Shown: positions 54,982 through 64,000 of the stretch, piece by piece
Numbering within the stretch: the stretch's first letter is position 1
Layout: each line of letters opens with the position of its first letter
Assembly: GCA_964016885.1 (NCBI GenBank)
Contig: OZ024740.1
Coordinates: 329,592,001-329,656,000, forward strand
Source of the DNA: Eledone cirrhosa
Lineage: Eukaryota
DNA: 64,000 bases
Direction: 5' to 3'
The notes under the pieces: model-generated
The model's input: only the letters and a program-made list of their open reading frames with translations
Databases searched by the model: none
Told to the model about the DNA's origin: nothing
Position numbers and translations under genes: made by a program

Positions 54982-55109
54982 AAAGTTTTATTTAAAATTG
55001 TTGGGTTACAACGAGTAAATATTTTATAACTGATATAAAAGCACTCAACAGTTTTTGGAGTAGGTTTACGATATTAAACAAATGGAAACTATATTTATAA
55101 AACCATATT

Positions 55110-55175
55110 TATTTCGTTATATATATTTCTGGGATATCGTATTAAAAATATGGTATGCCTTCCTCAGACAAAATA
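55110..55175 (-). ncRNA. Hammerhead ribozyme (H1, left arm)
   Basis: Inverted copy of 55356-55421. Confidence 0.75.
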
Positions 55176-55355
55176 CAATATATAAGCTGTTTTATAAATA
55201 ATTTTGACATACCTTAGAATAATGCAACTTCCATTTAAAAATAATGCAACTTCCATTTAAAAATAATGCAACTTCCATTTAAAATCAACTTTTTAAATGG
55301 AAGTTGCATTATTCTAAGGTATGTCAAAATTATTTATAAAACAGCTTATATATTG

Positions 55356-55421
55356 TATTTTGTCTGAGGAAGGCATACCATATTTTTAATATGATATCCC
55401 AGAAATATATATAACGAAATA
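55356..55421 (+). ncRNA. Hammerhead ribozyme (H1, right arm)
   Basis: tattttGt-CTGAGGA-aGG..CCa-GAAA-TATATATA|aCgaaata; compensatory G-C in stem I. Confidence 0.78.
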
Positions 55422-55461
55422 AATATGGTTTTATAAATATAGTTTCCATTTGTTTAATATC

Positions 55462-55508
<47 letters not shown>

Positions 55509-55811
55509 CGTATGTATGTGTATATATATATACATATATATATCCAAAATAAATGGAATTAAATTAGATTAAGGGTGTCATGTCCGAGACATGCGCCAAT
55601 TCCACCGTAGAATAAGCTCAAAATTCCAATGAATAGATCCGAGCATTTTATATCAACTAGAAATTGATTGACATATATGTATTTAAAATAAACACATGAA
55701 ACAATCAAAAGGGATAATTTGTAAAGTGTGTAATCACACATAGCTAGGTAGGTAACTAATTAAAGTTTAACTAGCGCTTCAAATATTACCTTTTAAAAAA
55801 TGATTAATCCT

Positions 55812-55894
55812 CCTTGTATATATTTCATTAAAGAAATATATTTCACCAATAATCCGTAAAGTCACAGTAGTCAAATCTTGGATCTTCAGCAAGG
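55812..55894 (-). ncRNA. Hammerhead ribozyme (H5, left arm)
   Basis: Inverted copy of 56355-56437. Confidence 0.75.
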
Positions 55895-56354
55895 GGGAAG
55901 AAATAACTATCTGTGTTTACACATCAAATGCAAATCTACGAGTGCCCCGTCGCACGTGTTGCAATTATAAAACTACTAACAACATGCTAGCGTCCTCCCA
56001 TTGGTGTGTTTATTTTAAATATATATATATGTCAATCAATTTCTAGTTGATATAAAATGCTCGGTTCTATTCATTGGAATCTTTGAGCTGATTCTACGGT
56101 GGATATGTCGCATGTCTCGGACGTGACTCCCTTAATTTAATTTAATTTAACTTATTTCGGATATATAAACGGCTCCTTACTTGTAGAGCTAAATCGGTTG
56201 AAAGAACTCGGCTGCTATTTATAGCTGTCGACCACCCTATTCACGCCAATGGGAGACGCTAGCATCTTGTTAGTAGTTTTAGAATTGCAACACGTGCGAC
56301 GGGTCACTCGCAGATTTGCATTTGATGTGTAAACAAAGATAGTTATTTCTTCCC

Positions 56355-56437
56355 CCTTGCTGAAGATCCAAGATTTGACTACTGTGACTTTACGGATTAA
56401 TGGTGAAATATATTTCTTTAATGAAATATATACAAGG
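56355..56437 (+). ncRNA. Hammerhead ribozyme with complete 9-bp stem III (H5, right arm)
   Basis: CCTTG-CTGAAGA-tCCA...TGGt-GAA-ATATATTTC-tttaat-GAAATATAT-A|CAAGG. Confidence 0.78.
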
Positions 56438-56596
56438 AGGATTAATCATTTTTTAAAAGGTAGTATTTGAAGCTCTAGTTAAACTTTAATTAGTTAGCTT
56501 CCTAGCTATGTGTGATTACACACTTTACAAATTATCCCCTGTGATTGTTTCATGTGTTTATTTTAAATATATGTCAATCAATTTCTATATGATATA

Positions 56597-59500
56597 TCAT
56601 CACCATCATCATCATCATCATCGTTTAACGTCCATCTTCCACGCTTGCATGGGTTTGGACGGGAGTTTTCCCACTTGAAACAATATTTGTTGTCCTGCTC
56701 GTATAGGACTGTCTGGCGGGTTTTCTACGGCTCGATGCCTTTCCTAACACCAACCACGTTTACAGAGTGGACTGGGAGGTTGTTACCGTGTTACCTACAC
56801 GGCCACATTACAGCGTGGACTGTGTGTTTTCGTTTGTCGTGAAACCTACACGACCTCATTTGTTTCGGACTGGATGTTGTGGTACCAACATAACTTCACA
56901 TTTAAGGGGGTGGTGTGGATGGGGTGGCGGTAGTGGGACGGGGTGTATTTTGTTAGAGGTGCCTACTGACTGTAGGTTTTGCTTTGTACTTAGGCAAGGC
57001 GGGTCTTCTGTATGACTGTATAGCGCCAAATATCTCGGTCCAGTGACATTGTCTTGGAGAGGTGTAAGTGTGTTAGGTCGGAATTTATCAAGTCGTCCCA
57101 GCTTTTTCTGGGTCTGCCTACTCCGCGGGTACCGTCTATTTTTATCGCCCTGCACTTTTTTATACAGCTGTCGTCTTTCATGCGCATCACGTGACTGTAC
57201 CAACGTAGTCTTCTCTCGAGTAAACAACATGTGATCCTTCTTCTTCCTAACTTCTCCCTTAGTTCGTTTATACTTTGCCGTTCACGTATATTACTATTAC
57301 ACATCCTGCGGATCATGCAAGCTTCGTTCTCTCCAGTCTGCGTATATCCTCTGCACACAATGCCCAGGTCTCACTGTCATGTAACATTGCTGTTCGTATG
57401 CCGGCATCATACAGCCTGCCTTTCATTTTTAGAGAGAACCCTTTAGCGGCCAATAGTGGTATAAACTCTCTGAACTTTTTCCATCCCGTTATCACTCTAG
57501 CTACTGAACTTTCAGAGCACCCTCCCCCACTGCTGATTTTGTCACCCATGTAACGGAAGGTGTCCACTATTTCTATAGAACCATCTGTGCAATGGAATGA
57601 ACTAGTATTCTGTGGGCACTTGCTGCTACTTTTTGCACCAGATCACCGGCCACATATAAAATCTATATTCTTAGTTAGCTTACCTGTGATCCCACTACAT
57701 CTTTTATGCACCCATACTTTGCATTTGGGACATAAAATGGAGTTTCTGCCCACTCCTTTCCTACACACTGGGCATGGCCATATCCCAGATGGGATCGGCG
57801 CCCTATTTTCCTTCCTACAAACTATAACTTTAGTCTTAGACAAGTTAACTTTAAGGCCTTTTGATTCTAGGCCATGCTTCCATGTTGGGAATTTCTTCTC
57901 TAGTTCAGCCATTGATTCAGCTATGAGCGTTAGATCATCTGCATATAGGAGTTCCCATGGGCAGCCGGTCTTGAACTCCTCTGTTATAGCCTGAAGGGCA
58001 ATAATAAATAGTAGGGGGCTAAGAACGAAGCCCTGATGAACACCAACTTTTACGCTAAACTCTTCACTATATTCGTTGTGAATTCTAATCTTGCTGACTG
58101 TTTCTTTATACATGGCTTGTATAGCTCTCACAAGCCATTCATCAACACCTAGTTTTCTAAGCGCCCACCAGATAATGGAGCGGGGGACTCTGTCAAAGGC
58201 TTTCTCCAAGTCAACAAAAGCTAAGTATAGGGGTTTACTTTTAGCTAGGTACTTCTCCTGTAGTTGTCGTACAATGAAAAGAGCGTCTGTGGTACTTTTA
58301 CCTGACACAAACCCGAACTTCATTTCATCTAGATTAACTCGTTCTCTGATTAGTTGCGCTATTACTTTTTTTTTTACCTTCATGACCTGGTCGATTAATT
58401 TAATGCCTCTATAGTTACCCCTATCAAGAGCATCTCCTTTACCCTTGTAGCAGTTAATGATGATGCTGCTACGGCAGTCCTTTGGAACCTCCCCATTCTG
58501 TATGACTAGGTTTATTGTCCGGGTGACCATAGTGTGTCCCACCGTTCCAGATGCTTTTAGCATTTCAGCAACTATCTCCGAAGTCCCAGCCGCCTTACCC
58601 GTCTTCATATCTTTGATTGCCTTACTTATTATACTACCTTCTACTAGCACTGCTGGTCCCTCTTTTGGATCGATGTGGGGGAGACTGTCTTTCTCCCATT
58701 TATTCTCCTCATTTTGTAGCCTTTCGTAGTGACATTTCCAAGCTACCTTCTTATCAGCGTCAGTGATGGCAAGTACACCATCATCAATAATGACACACTT
58801 CTCCCCGACAATATCACGGTTTTCCTTGACACATTGCCTAGCAATTCTGAACACGTCACGTTTTTGGTCCTCGCGTTGTAGAACATGCTTGAACTTTCTT
58901 TCCTCTGCTTCCCTTCTTGCTAAGTACACTTGACTCCTAGCTTCCCTCCTGGCCACTTGATAGTCTTCTCTACTTCCCCTATCTCCCCATACTTTCCAAG
59001 CCTTGGCCTTAATTGACTCCTCCGCCTTACTGTTCCACCACCACGTTACTCTCCTCCTGCCTATAGGCCTGCTCCAGCCACATACTTCATCTGCCGCCTT
59101 CAGCAGGTTAGCTTTCAGGAATACCCACTGTTCCTCTGAATTGTACGACTCTAATTGCTCTTCCTTACTGTCGAAAGCATCAAGTAATATGCTTTTAAAT
59201 TTATTATGGCTGTGGGGTCCTTTAGCCTGCATATTTTTCTCCTGAGGATAATCCTTCTCTGTTGTCGAGTACGTCTTGTCCTGACTATGAGGTCGCTGAC
59301 TATGAGTCTATTTTGGGAGGTGCATTCTTCATGGGGGAGGGATTTAGTGTTTACAACAGACACTCTATCACGTCTTCTGGTAAGGATATAATCTATCTGA
59401 CTGGCGTGTTCCCCTGATCTATAGGTGATCAAGTGATTGTCTCGTTTTTTGAAGTTAGTGTTACAGATAGGTTATTTGCGTCGCAGAATTCCAGGATTCT

Positions 59501-59836
59501 TGAGCATTCCTCATTTCTAGTACGAAACCCATAGCCTCCATGGATTCCGTCATAGCCGTCACAATGTTGTCCAACGTGACCATTTAGGTCGCCAGCAATA
59601 ATTATGTAGTCACTGTCGGTTATTTGGAAGGTAGTGAGCATCAATGTCTCATAGAATCTGTCTTTTATAGCGCCAGGCAGTGAGGATTGGGGTGCATACG
59701 CAGATATTACTGTCACAGTAGTTCTATCTAGGATAAGTCTTATTTTAATTATTATGTCCTTCACTCTATTTACGTCTAGTATCTTATCTACCCATTTTTC
59801 TGCTAACATGATTCCTACCCCACCCAGCCCATTTTA
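56597..59836 (-). mobile_element. RTE-clade LINE pseudogene with (GAT)n tail, 5'-truncated
   Basis: ORFs 59429-59809 (SAYAPQ, AGDLNGHVG), 59151-59432 (SQIDYIL), 57643-59232 (NYRGIKL, FVDLEKAFD, GVHQG, LLYADDL), 57313-57567, 56990-57358 (RRLRWYSHV); (cat)n at 56597-56622. Confidence 0.92.
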
Positions 59837-59853
59837 ATTTCCCACCCAGAAAA

Positions 59854-59923
<70 letters not shown>

Positions 59924-59925
<2 letters not shown>

Positions 59926-60112
59926 CGAAGGAAATGTGGTAAGGAACCAGGTGGACCATAACTCACCAAAGTACTCAATACTTAGGGTAGTAGAGTGGTT
60001 AATAGGAACGATTAGGACCCCGACGGCTGAGCTCAACCCGTTTCGACGGCTAATTCTGGACAGAATTAGCCGTCGAAACGGCTTGAGCTCAGTCATCGGG
60101 GTCCTATTCGTT

Positions 60113-60117
<5 letters not shown>
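59924..60117. mobile_element. Tiny hairpin+tail element carrying only the 3' half of a hammerhead-like motif
   Basis: Hairpin 60002-60117; tail 59924-60001; TA on both sides. Confidence 0.85.
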
Positions 60118-60164
<47 letters not shown>

Positions 60165-60466
60165 CGTGTGTTTACGTATGTATGTGGACGTGAAAATGTT
60201 TAAATCTCGGTGAGTGAGTGTGGTTCTAACCTATTTCTTTCTAGCTCAATTCTGACTATCCATATCAATTATATTTGTTATATATAGACATATAGAAAAA
60301 ATAGTTCGCATTTCCGAAACCAACAGGTATAAGTGAATCTCTGTGTAGCGAAAATTCACTCGGAAATAATGTATAATATATTACATTTAATATACTAAAA
60401 TATAATAGAATATATATATATATGAATTTAACATATGTTACTGTTCTTTCGCAAAGGAACATCTAC

Positions 60467-60517
<51 letters not shown>

Positions 60518-60647
60518 CAAATGTTTTATTTAAAATTGTTGGGTTACAACAAGTAAATATTTTATAACTGATATAAAGCACTCGACAAGTTTTGGGAGTA
60601 GATATACGATATAAAACAAATGGAAACTATATTTATAAAACCATATT

Positions 60648-60713
60648 TATTTCATTATACATATTTCAGGGATACCATATTAAAAATATGGCATGCCTTC
60701 GTCAGATAAAATA
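60648..60713 (-). ncRNA. Hammerhead ribozyme (H1, left arm)
   Basis: Inverted copy of 60843-60908. Confidence 0.8.
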
Positions 60714-60842
60714 CAATATATAAACAGTTTTATAAATAATTTTGACGTACCATAAATATGAGCGACCAAACCAGCTTCCTACCTTAATGGTCGCTCATAT
60801 TTATGGTACGTCAAAATTATTTATAAAACCGTTTATATATTG

Positions 60843-60908
60843 TATTTTATCTGACGAAGGCATGCCATATTTTTAATATGGTATCCCTGAAATATGTATA
60901 ATGAAATA
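60843..60908 (+). ncRNA. Hammerhead ribozyme (H1, right arm)
   Basis: tattttat-CTGACGA-AGGcATGCCATATT-ttt-AATATGGTATcCCT-GAAA-TATGTATA|atgaaata. Confidence 0.85.
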
Positions 60909-61479
60909 AATGTGGTTTTATAAATATAGTTTCCATTTGTTTAATATCGTATATATATATATATATATATATAAGTAGATGTTCCTTTACAAAGAACAGT
61001 AACATATGCTAAATTCGCCCTTGACTCTCAATATGTTGATATGATAACTGACATAGCTTGCAGTGTTTTATTTCCTTATTTCAGAAAACAGGGCGTTTCT
61101 CTAAAGTATAATCTACGAATACATTATCCAAACAGAATCCATTTAATAGCACTAAAGCAGCTGTTGCATCGACAGTAGCGTTTATGGGAAGGAAATAACT
61201 TTTGCTCAAAGATTGGAAAAAATATCCTATCAATGAAGCTGCACATATCAAAAATGGAAGAAGAGAAAAACTCTACGGTACTTAACAGCATGCGAAATGC
61301 AAAACTGTATGACTTAAAATATCAAATACAAAAATACAGAAACAATTCTGAATTCGATATATAACCTATACAAGTTCATTTCCCTTTATAATGTGCATTA
61401 TACTGGTTCAAATACATTTGGAGTGTCGAAATTTAAATGGGAGACTATGCTAACTATATTCTGAATTCAAAACCTGCGT

Positions 61480-61839
61480 ATCTCAATTTGACATTTACTC
61501 ACACAATATTTATTTAATAAATATTGTTTGGAAACAAGATGGGTAGGACAGAACAAAGGAGAAGCACAAAAACAAAGAAAGGAATCCCGAGTCACTGAAG
61601 AGGTCACAGAATGTGTGACGAAATAACTTTGACAATATATAAACAACCATCTGGTTGTGGAACCAACCAACCAACCGGAAATTTATAAATTCATAAATTT
61701 ATAAATTTATTATAATAAATTGAAGTGAAAACATCGGGTGCGTGTGTTCCTTATTGGCAAAATGACCCTCCCAAAGTATAACAATATCGGTTTCAACACA
61801 CGTTTTCAGATAAAGAATCTTACTAAACAAATTCAGAAA

Positions 61840-61842
<3 letters not shown>
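61480..61842 (+). mobile_element. Non-hairpin copy of family H2, with tail and degenerate hammerhead (61590-61634)
   Basis: Colinear with 37905-38153 plus the reverse complement of tail 37589-37644; ends in (TA)n. Confidence 0.85.
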
Positions 61843-61911
<69 letters not shown>

Positions 61912-61917
61912 ATATAT

Positions 61918-62060
61918 GGGACACTCTGGAAGAGTAAGACCAAGGTTAACGTATATTGATGCCCTAAGGACAGATACTGGTCTGTTGGAGACGCAGGACA
62001 TGGCAGCGATAATGAGGGACAGAGACCGTTGCAAAGAACTCGTCCATGGATCTCAGGAAT
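61918..62060 (+). mobile_element. 3' fragment of an RTE-type LINE
   Basis: Translates to RPRLTYIDALRTDTGL...IMRDRDR, typical of RTE C-termini. A similar remnant with (gat)n lies at ~54020-54135. Confidence 0.5.
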
Positions 62061-62381
62061 TTTAACCGCCCTAGAATATTAAATATTTCATTTCTTTAGA
62101 AAGATTTCGAAAAGATTTCAAAGTACGAGATAAGTTAATCACATACAACAGTAAAACTATTTCTATTGCTATCCGGTCTGAATAAAAGGAAACTGGAGTA
62201 AGAGGAGAGGGACAAAATATAGATTTTGGCGGGACAAAGGGAGTGGGGGATAAATAAAAATAATTAAATAATTAAAAAATTTTCTATGAAAATATTAATT
62301 AGATAGTATAAAGACAAAAGAAAACGTAAGAGGTGAACATTTACTTTCACACACACACACAGACACACACACACACACACA

Positions 62382-62453
<72 letters not shown>

Positions 62454-62454
62454 A

Positions 62455-63226
62455 GTATTGAAGTTTCCATGGAAAATTGAAAAAGTCATAGAAGTGAAGA
62501 ATGCTCTATTTAAGTACCAGAGCTAAATTTAATGTATAATAACAAATACAATATAATTACCTCATTACCACAGGTTTCCCGAATAAGACGAATACAAGAA
62601 ACGTCCTCATTCGTTCGTCGGACAAGGCAATTTAAAACAGTGCAATATTTAAAAAATCTCCTCAAGAAGGGCAGAAGTTTAACGGGCAAAAAAATATATA
62701 AATAAAAGTAATGCAAGAGATATATAAAAATAAAATACGGAAAATATAGTTAGGGTATATGTATAAATGTGTGTATATTCACTCACAAATGTACATATGT
62801 GTGTATGTACAAATGCATGTGTATAGTGAACAAATGTGTGCGTAAGTACATATATGAGGGCAAACATATCAGTGATATGTGACCACAAATACGTATATAA
62901 TATATGTTGAAAAAGAAATTGTAAGATAATAGAGTTAACGTACATCCAGACTCAGGTACTAAGGATTGAAATATATACACATACAAGTATGAAAGCACGC
63001 GTATAAAGACACACACGTGCAACCACATATATGCGAGTGATATATACAGGGAAGGGAGTGCATCAGTCAAAGCAGTGTAAGGCTGAAGGTCGATACATAT
63101 ATAAAAATGAAAAAAAGAAAAAATATATGAGAATTAAAAATTAAATCAAAGAGAAAGTAAGAGGGAGGCGTTATCAATTATAAAGTAACACTAGAAAAAA
63201 TAGAAAACAAACATAGTTTCGTACAT

Positions 63227-63267
<41 letters not shown>

Positions 63268-63300
63268 CGTACAGACAAAAGCACATACATGCGTACATAC
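62455..63300 (-). mobile_element. Family H4 repeat, second copy
   Basis: Homologous to 45577-46330. Confidence 0.7.
62560..62627 (-). ncRNA. Hammerhead motif, CCGACGA core variant
   Basis: CCTTGT-CCGACGA-aCGAATGAG...CTTATTCGg-GAAA-CCtgtGG-TA|ATGAGG. Confidence 0.65.
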
Positions 63301-63882
63301 AAAAGCACGCATACATACACACAAAGCACATACATCGTCAAAACAATAATGATAAACCATGTATCTCAGCTAAATATAATGTTTTGTAATTAATGCAAAT
63401 ATCTTCGCATCAATTCCTACAAGGCCCGGCTTTTCGCCATGTTTTTAAAATATTATTGTATATATGAATGCACACACATTTAAGGTATGATTTCGACAGC
63501 TGCCACGATCTGTTTCTTCTTTACAATTCTAATGTATATATCTGTCGAGAGATTTTCTACATATTTTAACTTGTTCATAATCTACTGAAAATCATTGGTT
63601 TACTTTTTTCTCTACTTTTAAAATAAATAAATAAAGTCAACAAATATATATAAATACAAATGAGATCAGAGTACTTCATTATAGTCAAACGTCTTGTTTA
63701 AGTGATTATATGTTACCACACTGCTTGAATGTTATCATTGGATTAACACTCAGATACACGTACGCAATAGACAAAAAGATTGGCAACAAGGTGTTTACCT
63801 CATTAACGTAGATTTGGTAACACAAATCTTACGATAGTTTCAAGTGTTGCGCGCATTCACTTGCATATATATATATGTATAT

Positions 63883-63973
<91 letters not shown>

Positions 63974-64000
63974 TATGGTGCACCCGGCCGATTAACCCAC

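Larger units (their letters stand above)
54979..55464. mobile_element. Fold-back twin-hammerhead mini-element (H1)
   Basis: Arms from 55067 and to 55464; tail 54979-55066; a 22-bp unit triplicated near the centre. Confidence 0.92.
55545..56592. mobile_element. Fold-back twin-hammerhead element (family H5) with an extra internal tail copy
   Basis: Arms ~55650-56003 / 56247-56592; tail 55545-55650; a second inverted end+tail copy at ~56005-56162. Confidence 0.88.
60516..60950. mobile_element. Fold-back twin-hammerhead mini-element (H1)
   Basis: Arms 60604-60768 / 60788-60950; tail 60516-60603. Confidence 0.92.

Overview
AT-rich, repeat-dominated eukaryotic (metazoan) DNA. Dense (TA)n/(CA)n microsatellites and a tRNA-derived SINE family resembling those of octopods suggest a cephalopod, but this is inference. 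I can support no host gene. Recognisable elements: several Penelope-like retroelements (PLEs; RT and/or GIY-YIG), a CR1-type LINE, two RTE-type LINEs, a Helitron, a Chapaev-like DNA transposon and SINEs, all decayed. The main unexplained structure is a population of about 20 insertions, most flanked by (TA)n and many of them fold-back (inverted-repeat) units of 0.13-3.4 kb. In the fold-back units the arms are PLE 3' ends pointing outward, with an extra ~55-170 bp 'tail' on one arm only. By eye I find about 27 type I hammerhead ribozyme (HHR) motifs, intact or degenerate, on both strands. They show covarying stems, palindromic stem III and unusual core variants, and include a tandem two-ribozyme, retrozyme-like unit with a 525-nt period. 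All alignments and folds were done by hand; none is computationally or experimentally verified.
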